Notes under the pieces: generated by a model | Database searches by the model: none | What the model saw: the letters and a program-made list of their open reading frames with translations, nothing else | What the model was told of the DNA's origin: nothing | Shown here: positions 18,166-27,500 of the stretch, piece after piece | Numbering within the stretch: position 1 is the stretch's first letter | Layout of the letters: the number at the start of each line of letters is the position of its first letter | Assembly: GCA_043812975.1 (NCBI GenBank) | Contig: JBDRLP010000027.1 | Coordinates: 64,001 to 128,000, forward strand | Length of the DNA stretch: 64,000 nt | Source: Candidatus Iainarchaeum sp. | Lineage (GTDB): Archaea; Iainarchaeota; Iainarchaeia; Iainarchaeales; Iainarchaeaceae | Reading direction: 5' to 3' | Position numbers and translations under genes: made by a program

Positions 18166-18426
18166 TTATTTGAAGCTTTTGAACCATTTTTCGTATTCTT
18201 TGTGATTTTTAAAACACCTAATAATGTAAAGTGTCTCTTCTTCAAAATTATAAATGAGTCTTGCTTGTTTTGTTACTTCTTCAACAAAGTAGGGCATACC
18301 GTGCTTTAAGTGTCTTTTGAAGGGGCTTTTGAATATTTTTTCAGCGTGTTTTATGAACTGTTGTCTCAGGGAATTATCTATTTTTTCTAAGTCACTGAGC
18401 GCATTCTTAGTGTAATAAATTTTCAT
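18166..18426 (-). CDS. RelE/ParE-like toxin
   Basis: YTKNALSDLEKI..., RLIY, size, and position after a small ORF. Confidence 0.7.
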   Translation of the reverse strand: MKIYYTKNALSDLEKIDNSLRQQFIKHAEKIFKSPFKRHLKHGMPYFVEEVTKQARLIYNFEEETLYIIRCFKNHKEYEKWFKSFK

Positions 18427-18430
18427 TTAA

Positions 18431-18628
18431 TCACAGGCCAAACTTTTTTTTCACTTCCTCGTGCGTAAAAGTTTTTGTTTTGCCTGAGTGGATTCCTGCC
18501 ATTTCAGCATCAATTCCCTTGTTTACAAGAATCACTTCTTCCCTTTCTTTTTCATAAGCCTTTGCTTTTCTTTTCAAATCCAAATACTCCTTTTCAGGAA
18601 TAGTAACGATATTACTCATACTAACCAT
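18431..18628 (-). CDS. Putative antitoxin
   Basis: VTIPEKEY N-terminus and GKTKTFTHEEVKKKFGL tail typical of RelB-like partners. Confidence 0.7.
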   Translation of the reverse strand: MVSMSNIVTIPEKEYLDLKRKAKAYEKEREEVILVNKGIDAEMAGIHSGKTKTFTHEEVKKKFGL

Positions 18629-18686
18629 TTGTGCATCACTACCAATATAAGAATTACTTTTTCGGTTTAAAAACAAATTCAGGCAT

Positions 18687-18702
18687 CATTGCCGGTGCGG
18701 AG
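18687..18702 (-). promoter_or_regulatory. TYCGCACYGGCA motif upstream of the TA pair
   Basis: Reverse complement ctccgcaccggcaatg, about 13 nt upstream of tttttaaa. Confidence 0.55.
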
Positions 18703-18758
18703 CCATTTTCCCAAAAAACAGCCCTCTTGGAAACAGCCAATATAAGTCAGTGTTGAAG

Positions 18759-19472
18759 TTATTCCAGCTTCCAATAAATCCGTCTGTTTTCAGCACCCTT
18801 GTTCTTAAAATTCGTAATTCTCATTTTCCCTATTTCAGAAGTGTTTTTCACGTGGGTTCCGCCATCTGCCTGTACATCAAAATTTCCAATAGTAACAATT
18901 CTCAGTTCGGGAATGTTTTTTGGCAATACTCCTTTCAACCGGAATAGTTCAGGTCTTTGCAGTGCTTTTTCTGTTTCCTCATAACTAATAGTTATTTCCA
19001 GATTTTTTCCAATTATTTCATTGCTTTTTTCTTCAAAAGTTTTCAATAGTTCCCTGTCAAATTCCGGTACATTAAAATCCATTCTTGATTCTTCCAACCC
19101 AAGCTGGTTTCCGGTAATAAGTGCGCCAATTTCTTTGTTAATGATTCCTGCAAGAATATGTGCAGAAGTGTGCATTCTCATAAATTTTTCTCTTGGCTCC
19201 CAATCCAGAATACATTTTACTTTTTCTCCTTCTGCAAGAAAATTTTTAGTTTCTATCTGGTGTGAAATTTCATCGCCAAATTGCTTTGCAAAAACAACAT
19301 TTACTTTTGCCCCGTTTTCCTTTACAAGTTTTCCTGTATCTGTGGGCTGTCCTCCGCCTTGCGGATAAAAAATAGTTTTGTCCAGAACAACAAATTTTCC
19401 ATCGTTAACTTTTGTAACAATTGCGTCAGTTTCTTTAAGATATGAATTATTAAGAAAAAGTTTTTCTGTCAT
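18759..19472 (-). CDS. alaX: Alanyl-tRNA editing protein AlaX-M
   Basis: FYPQGGGQPTDTG, MHTSAH, DGGTH. Confidence 0.93.
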   Translation of the reverse strand: MTEKLFLNNSYLKETDAIVTKVNDGKFVVLDKTIFYPQGGGQPTDTGKLVKENGAKVNVVFAKQFGDEISHQIETKNFLAEGEKVKCILDWEPREKFMRMHTSAHILAGIINKEIGALITGNQLGLEESRMDFNVPEFDRELLKTFEEKSNEIIGKNLEITISYEETEKALQRPELFRLKGVLPKNIPELRIVTIGNFDVQADGGTHVKNTSEIGKMRITNFKNKGAENRRIYWKLE

Positions 19473-19501
19473 AAAAAACCAGAGTTAAAAAAGTATTTTA
19501 A

Positions 19502-19990
19502 TTATGATTGATCAAAAAGATTTGACATTGGGGTTTCTGCTTCTACAGTTTCATTTTCTGTTCTTGTTTCGGTTTCAGTAGGCGTTTCCTGTACTGGAGG
19601 TTCTTCTTCTGCTTCAGCCTGTTCTGTTTGTTCAGAAATCCTGTTGCTCATTTCTGTAGGAGCTATTCCTTTGTAAATAACTTTTTTGGTCATTCCTTTT
19701 TCGCCCCATAAGTATGCTACTGTTTCTTCCTGGCCTTTAGTTGCCCAAACTGTTTTGTCATTTGCATGGTTTTCACCAGGATTTTTTAACATGAATAATG
19801 GGCTATAACCCAGTTTTACTCTGTCTCCCTGAACCTGAAGAACCTTAAAAACAGTCTCATCATTACCATTTCCTCTTATTCTGTCAAATCCTTCGTTTTC
19901 TGAAGCAGTATATTCTTCAGTAGTAATGTCTTTTTTGAACGGCGGAGCCCAGTCTGCCCTAATGGTTTTAACCTCAAAAATTGCCTTCAT
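19502..19990 (-). CDS. Hypothetical protein with acidic tail
   Basis: Start moved to MKAIFEV; the upstream extension overlaps repeat elements. Confidence 0.7.
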   Translation of the reverse strand: MKAIFEVKTIRADWAPPFKKDITTEEYTASENEGFDRIRGNGNDETVFKVLQVQGDRVKLGYSPLFMLKNPGENHANDKTVWATKGQEETVAYLWGEKGMTKKVIYKGIAPTEMSNRISEQTEQAEAEEEPPVQETPTETETRTENETVEAETPMSNLFDQS

Positions 19991-20029
19991 TGAAGAAATA
20001 AGTCTGCCGTGGTTTATATAGTTTGCTGT

Positions 20030-20091
20030 CGCCGCAGACCCGCGGCGGTAGGGCGTATTATCTTCGTCCCTTAAGGGGGACTCGATAATAC
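20030..20091. repeat. GC-rich pseudoknot-hairpin element, copy C
   Basis: cgccgc-agaccc-gcggcg-gta-gggc-gtattatc-ttc...tc-gataatac. Confidence 0.75.
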
Positions 20092-20097
20092 TTGCGT

Positions 20098-20159
20098 TGT
20101 GTAGGAAGTCTGATCTGTGTATAAAGTCTGATTCTTGTGTAAAAAGCAAAACAAGAACA
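20098..20159 (+). repeat. GTGTA-NN-AAGTC repeat cluster 1
   Basis: Three units at 18-20 bp period ending tgtgtaaaaagcaaaacaagaaca. Confidence 0.8.
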
Positions 20160-20241
20160 GCACAAATCAACGAATGCTTACTGAAAATATTGTGTTATAA
20201 CATTACTGTTGTGAATCATGAAATGAACGAATTGTCTATCA

Positions 20242-20799
20242 CTATTTCTTTTTGAATGTTAACCACAAAATTACTGGAGGATATGCAATTGCTGAAAGTC
20301 CAAAAAGGAGATATAAAATAGGTATTAAAGCGCTTGATAGGGAAGGAGAAAAAGAAGTAAATAGAAAAATTACCGGAATAAATCCAATTACAATTAAGGC
20401 GATAAATTTCAGGAATTTTAAGAAAACTGGCCAAAATTTTTCTTTTTGGCTAAATTTGAGCCAACCAAAAGTTAGGATAGGCAATATTATTGAACCTAAT
20501 AAAAAAAAGACGTACAAAAAGGGGGCTATGTCAAGTAATTGGGTTAATGGTCCAAATGAAATCATAAGGGCAATACTAAAGAATAGTATAGTTACAAGAA
20601 TAGGGCTTATTACTTTTACTAAGAGTTGATGTTCAGTTTTTAGTCCGTCTAAAATCTTATTATATAAAAAATAACCAAAAAGAAACATGGAATATACAAA
20701 AAGAGGGATTATAAAAATAATCCAAATAACGATTACTACAAGTGAATTAAAGGCGCCCCCAAAAGCAACTTGACCTCTTTGTTCATCTAAAATGTTCAT
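20242..20799 (-). CDS. Orphan multi-pass membrane protein
   Basis: About 5 TM helices; N-terminus QRGQ resembles a class III cleavage site. Confidence 0.7.
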   Translation of the reverse strand: MNILDEQRGQVAFGGAFNSLVVIVIWIIFIIPLFVYSMFLFGYFLYNKILDGLKTEHQLLVKVISPILVTILFFSIALMISFGPLTQLLDIAPFLYVFFLLGSIILPILTFGWLKFSQKEKFWPVFLKFLKFIALIVIGFIPVIFLFTSFSPSLSSALIPILYLLFGLSAIAYPPVILWLTFKKK

Positions 20800-20844
20800 T
20801 TAAATCTATTAATATAAGTTTAACTTATTTATAATTAATTCGCC

Positions 20845-20887
20845 GTGTAGAAAGTCTTGATTCTGTGTAAAAAGCAAAACAAGAACA
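20845..20887 (+). repeat. GTGTA-NN-AAGTC repeat cluster 2
   Basis: gtgtagaaagtcttgattctgtgtaaaaagcaaaacaagaaca. Confidence 0.8.
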
Positions 20888-20927
20888 ATAAAACAAGAGT
20901 TATAAACTAGAACAGATTTATATTATT

Positions 20928-21356
20928 ATGAAGCCTTTAGTAAAAAAGTTTTTTCAGGGTTTAATGGGTGATTTCTTAATTGCTATTGGTTTAGTGATTG
21001 GATACGCTATTGCGTTTTTCCTTCTCATTTTTGCAATAATGCTTATGCATCAATATATCGGGCCAGATTTCGTATTTATTTTTTGGCCTGTGCTGTTGCT
21101 TTTGCCTATCCTTGCGGTATTTTTGATTTTTAAATTCATAACTAACTCATGGTTTAGAGGGCTTGCCTTAATCGCTATTTCTTTGGAACTATTTTTGACT
21201 AAAATAATGTTTGGAGTGACTTCAGAAGGACTTGGGGCGACAATTAGCGATGCGGTTTCCTATGTGATGGTAGGAATTTTCTTTTTAGCAGGTCTATTAT
21301 ACTTGTTATCGGCAATTTTCAAATTTTTAAAATTCTCAGTTGGCAGCAATAAATAA
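20928..21356 (+). CDS. Orphan four-TM membrane protein
   Basis: Four hydrophobic helices. Confidence 0.7.
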   Translation: MKPLVKKFFQGLMGDFLIAIGLVIGYAIAFFLLIFAIMLMHQYIGPDFVFIFWPVLLLLPILAVFLIFKFITNSWFRGLALIAISLELFLTKIMFGVTSEGLGATISDAVSYVMVGIFFLAGLLYLLSAIFKFLKFSVGSNK

Positions 21357-21392
21357 AGTCTAAGTTGTGTAAAAAGTCCTCGTTCTGTGTAA
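21355..21392 (+). repeat. GTGTA-NN-AAGTC repeat cluster 3
   Basis: aaagtctaagttgtgtaaaaagtcctcgttctgtgtaa. Confidence 0.7.
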
Positions 21393-21400
21393 TTAATAAT

Positions 21401-21715
21401 TCACTTCAATTTCACAGCAGTTCCGTATACCATTATTTCTGCTGCCGAAGCCATTATCTGGGAGGTAGTGAATCTCACGTTTATGATTGCGTCTGCTTTG
21501 AGAGCTTCTGCTTCTTCAACCATTCTTTGGGTTGATTCTTGTCTTGCTTCTGTTAGCATTTCAGTATACTCTTTGAGTTCGCCTCCAACAATTTGTCTCA
21601 AACCAGCCATAATATCTTTACCAAACCATTTTGCTCGAATCGTGTTTCCTTTTACAATTCCAATAGTTTTAGTTATTTTTTTTCCTTCTACAAAATCTGT
21701 GTTTACTAATATCAT
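21401..21715 (-). CDS. YbjQ/UPF0145 family protein
   Basis: GLRQIVGGELKEYTEML, ADAIINVRF, YGTAVK. Confidence 0.95.
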   Translation of the reverse strand: MILVNTDFVEGKKITKTIGIVKGNTIRAKWFGKDIMAGLRQIVGGELKEYTEMLTEARQESTQRMVEEAEALKADAIINVRFTTSQIMASAAEIMVYGTAVKLK

Positions 21716-21724
21716 TTTTTCACC

Positions 21725-21940
21725 TCAATATTTGTCAAATTTTTCTTTTTTAATATCATTCATTCTTTCCTGAATCAATGATGCAATTATAATTCCTGCG
21801 CCGATTATTGATATTGTCCAGCCTCCAAAAAAGGATATTGTGAAAAAGATTTCTCCAAAAACTCCGAATATTGGAAAAACAGTAAGCAAAATTAATCCAA
21901 TTATTACAATTATTATTCCAATTGATTGTGTTGTGTTCAT
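21725..21940 (-). CDS. Small two-TM membrane protein
   Basis: Two hydrophobic helices, directly upstream of the YbjQ gene. Confidence 0.65.
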   Translation of the reverse strand: MNTTQSIGIIIVIIGLILLTVFPIFGVFGEIFFTISFFGGWTISIIGAGIIIASLIQERMNDIKKEKFDKY

Positions 21941-21988
21941 TGAATAAATTAACTGCAAAGGGATTAAATTAGTATTTGAATTCAGAGT

Positions 21989-22183
21989 CTAGGATTTTGA
22001 TTTCCTAAATCCTTTTCCTTCAAGATTCTCTTGTGCTTTTGTAGCAGCTGTTACTTGAGGATGTTTTTCTACGTTCATTTGATGTCTAAACTCCTCTGCA
22101 TAAGCTTCCCTGTGAGTTAAACCTCGTGTTCTATACAGCCCAATTCGCAAACTTGTTGGAGTTTTAGTAGGTCTTTTTGGCAT
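21989..22183 (-). CDS. Small basic hypothetical protein
   Basis: MPKRPTKTP start, fills the gap. Confidence 0.5.
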   Translation of the reverse strand: MPKRPTKTPTSLRIGLYRTRGLTHREAYAEEFRHQMNVEKHPQVTAATKAQENLEGKGFRKSKS

Positions 22184-22221
22184 ATTTCCCAAAATAATTA
22201 TGTTTTGATTCTATATTAATA

Positions 22222-22256
22222 TTCGCACCGGCAAGAATTTGAGTTCGCACCGGCAA
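22222..22256 (+). promoter_or_regulatory. Tandem TTCGCACCGGCAA motifs upstream of nurA
   Basis: Exact 13-mers at 22222 and 22244, about 15 nt before tttaaaaa. Confidence 0.65.
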
Positions 22257-22300
22257 CCAACCCTAAGTTAATTTAAAAACCTCGAACCTTTGCTTTTACT

Positions 22301-23386
22301 ATGAATATGTCTAAAGTGATTGATTCTGCGGTTGAAACAATCCATTCAGGAGAACAAAGAAAAAAACTGGTTACTGAAAAGCTCACTCCGTTAAAATATA
22401 AGAAATTTTCTTCTCAGGAGCTCCCGGAAAAAGTATTGGTTCTTCCTGTTGAAAAGTGGATTCCCGATTGTATAATTGGAGGGGTGGATTCTGGTTTTGT
22501 TGCAAAGCGCCTTGCGTCAGTTGACCTTGTTCTGATTAGAGCTATGGGTGTCTGCTTTGATTACAAAAAGGGCATTGTGGATAAAGCCAATTATTATCCT
22601 GGTTATTTTCAGTTTCCGGAACCACATTTAAGCAATAATGCATTGGAAGAAGATGAGGCTGAGCAAAGCAAATCATTAATGCGTTTAAAAGAAGAAGTTA
22701 AAGCGTCAAAAAAATTAATTGAAGAGCATTCTCCGAAATATTTGTTTATTGATGGTTCTATTGTTCCGCAGTACCAAGACAAACCAAGAAAGGAATCTAA
22801 GTTAACTGATAATTATATTAATATTATTCAGGAGTTTGAATCTTTTTATGAATTGGCTGAAAAAAATAATTGCACATTAATTTCTACGGTGGAAGATTCT
22901 AGAGGTTCTAGGTTCAGACAGATTATTCAGGATGAAATTCTTGAGAAGGAAAAAATTCTTGAAAAAGAAAAATTAGATGGTTTGTTTGATTCTTCTTTTT
23001 TGGATTATTTTTTGAACGTAGGAGAACGCTCAAGTTGTTTTACTTACACGAAAAATATTAAACAGCATCCTGTTCTTTCTGATTTCAATGAAAAGTGGAG
23101 CAACCATATTTTTGGTTTGTACATTAAACCTTCTAATTATGACAAACCCTTGAGGGTTGAATTCATCACTAAAGGGGGCATAAAAGAAAAAGCAGATGAA
23201 GTCGCAAAAGTCGCGTTTGCTTTAAGTTCATTACATCGCGAGTATGCTTATCCTTCAATTTTAATAGAGGCGGATATGCATGCTAAATTAAAGCAGGATG
23301 AGATTGAAATTGTTTATAATAAAATAATGGATAAATTGGGTAATTCAATTAAACTAAAAATGAGGCGTGATAATAGGCCTTTTTAG
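22301..23386 (+). CDS. nurA: NurA nuclease
   Basis: GGVDSG, LFIDGS, LRVEF, YAYPSILIEAD..A; same operon as herA. Confidence 0.9.
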   Translation: MNMSKVIDSAVETIHSGEQRKKLVTEKLTPLKYKKFSSQELPEKVLVLPVEKWIPDCIIGGVDSGFVAKRLASVDLVLIRAMGVCFDYKKGIVDKANYYPGYFQFPEPHLSNNALEEDEAEQSKSLMRLKEEVKASKKLIEEHSPKYLFIDGSIVPQYQDKPRKESKLTDNYINIIQEFESFYELAEKNNCTLISTVEDSRGSRFRQIIQDEILEKEKILEKEKLDGLFDSSFLDYFLNVGERSSCFTYTKNIKQHPVLSDFNEKWSNHIFGLYIKPSNYDKPLRVEFITKGGIKEKADEVAKVAFALSSLHREYAYPSILIEADMHAKLKQDEIEIVYNKIMDKLGNSIKLKMRRDNRPF

Positions 23387-23911
23387 GTGATTTTCATGGT
23401 ATTTGAACGTTTCTCAGAAGTTGATTCAACTGTTTTCAGAAGTTCGATTCCGCGAACAAATGAAGACGTGGATTTTTTGGTTTCTAAAGGGATTTCAGAA
23501 GTGATTTCTTTTGAACTTGTTAATAAATCATTGAGCGCCTATGCGGAATCAAAAGGAGTTAAGTTTCATGATTTTTCAACTATTGATCAGGATTATTTGC
23601 CTGATAAGAGAGAGGCAACTGCGTTTTTCAAAGTAATAAAAAACGCTGAAGTTTCAGGAAAGAAAGTTTTGCTTCATTGCAGTGCGGGTTTGCAGAGGTC
23701 TGGTGTGATGGTTGCTGTTTATTTGGTTGGAAAAGGAATGCATCCACTTCAAGCATACCAATTCGCAGGCACTGCCGAAGTTACAATTAAAGAACCATTG
23801 ATGCGTGAGGCGAATGCGTTAAAAGATCTTTACACTAATATTAGAAAAGAGAGGCCTGGTTCAAGAAAATTGAGACATGTTGTAAAAAAACCAAGGAGAA
23901 AATTGAAATGA
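23387..23911 (+). CDS. Dual-specificity/tyrosine phosphatase family protein
   Basis: VLLHCSAGLQRSG (HCX5R); basic C-terminal tail. Confidence 0.9.
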   Translation: MIFMVFERFSEVDSTVFRSSIPRTNEDVDFLVSKGISEVISFELVNKSLSAYAESKGVKFHDFSTIDQDYLPDKREATAFFKVIKNAEVSGKKVLLHCSAGLQRSGVMVAVYLVGKGMHPLQAYQFAGTAEVTIKEPLMREANALKDLYTNIRKERPGSRKLRHVVKKPRRKLK

Positions 23912-24024
23912 TTTGTCCAAAATGCGGAAATGATTCTTTTGAAGAGCTTCCTTTAGAAAAAGGAAAACAAAAAAGATGCAGAAAGTGCGGTTTTGTGGGA
24001 AATCCGATGAGTGATTTCACGTGA
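23908..24024 (+). CDS. 38-aa zinc-ribbon protein
   Basis: Manual ORF MICPKCGNDSFEELPLEKGKQKRCRKCGFVGNPMSDFT, 4-nt overlaps at both ends. Confidence 0.7.
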   Translation: MICPKCGNDSFEELPLEKGKQKRCRKCGFVGNPMSDFT

Positions 24025-24203
24025 CTCAAAAAGAAAAAAATAAAGTAACTTTTTGTTCAAGCTGCGGTTCTACAAATGTAAAACCAAGTTATGCAATGGG
24101 AACTATTGATAATCGTGTTGAGTGCTTGGATTGTAAAACTTTAGAGTTTCCTGTTGAGGCTGAGGAAAAGTTCAGGAAAAAGTTTATGGAGAGGAAAAAA
24201 TGA
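24021..24203 (+). CDS. Small zinc-ribbon protein
   Basis: CSSCGS...CLDC; translational coupling. Confidence 0.7.
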   Translation: MTQKEKNKVTFCSSCGSTNVKPSYAMGTIDNRVECLDCKTLEFPVEAEEKFRKKFMERKK

Positions 24204-24592
24204 GCAGATCGCCTTTTTATTATGAGCACTCCCCAAAACTATTTTCAGGAAGGATTTCTTTAATAAAATCCGATTTAGATTATTTGAATAGTAAAGGAAT
24301 CAAAAAATTAGTCTTATTACAGGATGTGAATGATAATATATTGAATGCTCTTAGAACTGCCGGTTTTGCCGTTAAAGTTTTTCATTTAGGTACAAATCCC
24401 CCTTATGATTCAGAAAAATTAAGAGTGGTTTCTCGCGCTATGGCTTCTGCTAGAGTTTCTTTGCAAAAAAATGAAGGAGTGGCTGTTTTATGCAATCAAG
24501 GATTTCGTTCATTTGACATTTGTAAAGAAATTCATAATCCTATTGACAGGAAAAGATTAACCAAAACTCGAATTAGGCGGTTGAGAAAATGA
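24200..24592 (+). CDS. Degenerate phosphatase-fold protein
   Basis: Resembles the 23387 protein (DLDYL.SKGI..LV.L; VAVLCNQGFRS with a shortened P-loop). Confidence 0.55.
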   Translation: MSRSPFYYEHSPKLFSGRISLIKSDLDYLNSKGIKKLVLLQDVNDNILNALRTAGFAVKVFHLGTNPPYDSEKLRVVSRAMASARVSLQKNEGVAVLCNQGFRSFDICKEIHNPIDRKRLTKTRIRRLRK

Positions 24593-27500
24593 CCAAAAAC
24601 GAAGAAATAGGAACAGTAATAAGCACTCCAGATGGTCCTTCTCCGAGTGCTTTGGATTTTGTTGTTTATTCAGGAACACTTCACAGAGGAATGTTTGTTG
24701 AATTAGATTATGCTGAAGGCACTCTTGTTGCTTTGGTTACTGATGTTGTTAAAACAAATCGTTATTTTGAAAGAGTTGAATCAGTAAAGGAATTCGAATC
24801 CTCAGGAACAAAATTATTTGAACAATTCCCTACTCATGAATGGGAATTCCTTTTAGCAAAAACAAGACCGCTTGGAGTTTACAATAAAGGGATGATTAAG
24901 CGTTCTAGTTTTCCTCCTTCTCCTGGGGCTAAAGTAAGGGTTGCTTCCAAAGAAACTCTTGAAAACTTTTTAGGTTTAGATTTGGAAAAAGGTTTAATGC
25001 TTGGAGAAATTGAACATCACGATGTTTCAGTAAAATTGAACATGTCAAGATTATTCCAGAAACATTTAGCTATTTTGGCTATGAGTGGAGCAGGTAAGTG
25101 TACAAGTTTTGATGCTGAAATATTGCTTGAAAATAAGGTGCAGGTAAAAATTGGCGAATTAGTTGATTCAATATTAGAGAAAAATAAAAGAGTTGAAGAT
25201 GGTGTTGAATTTTGGGAAGGGGATTTGGATCTAAAAACTTATTCTTTTAATGGAGAAAAAATTGTTCCTGCGGAGGTCAAAGGAGTTTACCGAAGGAAGT
25301 CTCCGCATGAATTGATTAAGGTCACAACTCGGAGTGGTAGGATTTTGAAGGTTACTCCTGAACACTTAATCCCTATGTTTAGTGGTTCTATTGAGTGGTT
25401 GCATGCAAAGGATTTGGTTAAAAAAAACTACTTGATTTTTCCGAGGATAAATTGGAGTGGTTCTGAGCAAGTAATGGATTTTTCTTCAGTTGTTGGCGAG
25501 AAAACCATAGTTCGCGGTGGTTTTGCGGAGTCAAAGAAGTCCGGTAAAAAGGTTAGGTTATTGCAGAGTGTTGACAAGGATTTTGTCAGATTGTTTGCTT
25601 ATCTTTTGGCGGAAGGACATAATACTTGCGGTTCTCAAATTTGGTTTAGTAACGAAGATGAGTTTGTACGAAAGGATTTTTCGAAGCTGGTTTTTGATAA
25701 GTTTGGTTCTCGTGTCAGTGTAGCTAAACATGGGGGCGATTTGATTTTTTATAATAAGTTGTTGGCTCAGGCTCTTTCAAAGAAAGGGTTTACTAATTCT
25801 AGTTGGACTAAATTTGTTCCTCCTGAGATTTTGCGGAGCAGACGTGAAGTTTTGCTTTCTTTTCTTTCTGTTTTTATTGATTGTGACGGGCATATAAACA
25901 AAAGCAAGTCTGAGTTGGAGATAACTTTAGCGAGTAAAAAACTTATTTTTGGTATTGAAGAAATCCTCACAAAGCTGGGTATTGTTTCTTTTAGAGGGAT
26001 CAAAAAGACTGATGGCAAGGTATATCAAAGATTGTTTGTTAGAGGGGCGGAATTGAAAAAGCTGAAGGATCTCGATCTTTTGATTGGTTATAAAAAGAAG
26101 GCTCTTGAGAAATGGATTGCCTCTAAAAACAACCCTAATGTTGATGTTGTTCCCAATTTACATTCTCATTTGTTTGAGTTGTTGTCTTTGTTGAGAATGC
26201 CTCAGCCACAGGCTGAGTCGTCAGGCATTAACAATTATCTTTACCGCCGAGATAACCCTTCTAGGGAAAATTTGAGTGTTTTAATTTCTATTTTTGAGCG
26301 AAGATGTGTTGAGGTAGAAAAGGCAACTGAGGACGCTTATACTCTTTATAAAAGCATTCCTAAAGTTAGCGAAGAAGATGCTTTAGTGGTTGTTCAGGAA
26401 GCTTATTCCAGTGGTTTGGATTTTAATAAAATCTCTTCAGGAAGTGGTGTTTCAAAAACTACTGCAAGAAGGGTTGTTAGAGGTATCACTTCTCCAAAAA
26501 GTAGTGTTTTTTCTTTGGCAAAAAACATTTCTCAGTCTAGGTATGCTGAATTTGGATTCGTTGAAAACTTCGACGGGAATTCAGCTTTAACTTCTATTAA
26601 GGAAATTTGTGAGAGGCTTGGTCATGAGACACAGACTTTTTGTGTTTCAAATGGGGTTTACAAGAATTTTCTATATTCTCATTCAAAAGATAGGGGTGTT
26701 GCTGACCATTCTATTGTACTCAAGTTGTCAGAGTCTCTTTGTGAAATTGCGAGAAAATCTGAGAAAAATTTGGGCTTAGCTAAGGGAATTATTTTTGATT
26801 TGAAGAAAGCGATTGATTTGAATGCTTTTTTTGACGAGATTGTGAAAGTTGAAAAAGTTCCTTCTGAAAACGAGTTTGTTTATGATCTTTCTGTTGATAA
26901 TTCTAGTTTTGTTGCTAATAATTTGTTGATTCATAATAGCTACTTAACTTCCGTTCTCTTTGAAGAACTTTTAGAAAGAAAAAAAGAAGACGGAAGACTG
27001 GCTTTGATTGTAATGGATACTCATGGAGAATATAGGAATTTTGCTGAACCAGTAAAAGATTCAAAGAGTAAAGATTTTTCATCCAAAACAAGATTTGTTA
27101 AAGCAAGCGAAATTAGCATCGGTGTTCCTAAGCTTTCTATCGGAATGCTTTCCATTATGATTCCTGGATTATCAGGGCCGCAGAAGAGAGACCTTGCGAG
27201 AGTTCTTGAAAAATTAAGAAGAGAAATGAAAGACGGTTTAGGCCCCTATGATTTTGGTGCTGTAAAATCTGAAATATTTAAGGATGAGGAAATGAAAGAG
27301 TCAACAAAATTGGCTTTGACTGGATGGATAATTTCATTAGAACAGTTGAAACTTTTCGGAAAAACTGATAATCCAAGTATTAATGATCTTGTAAAACCAG
27401 GACAACTTACAATTGTTGATTTGAGTGATGTCATTGAAATGAAAAAGAAACAGATTATTGTTTCTTATTTTGCTTCGAAACTTTTCTTTGAAAGGCGCCA

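Noticed and set aside
20098..21392. CRISPR array
   Set aside because: Units are short and degenerate and are separated by whole genes or 5-7 nt, not by regular spacers; no cas genes.
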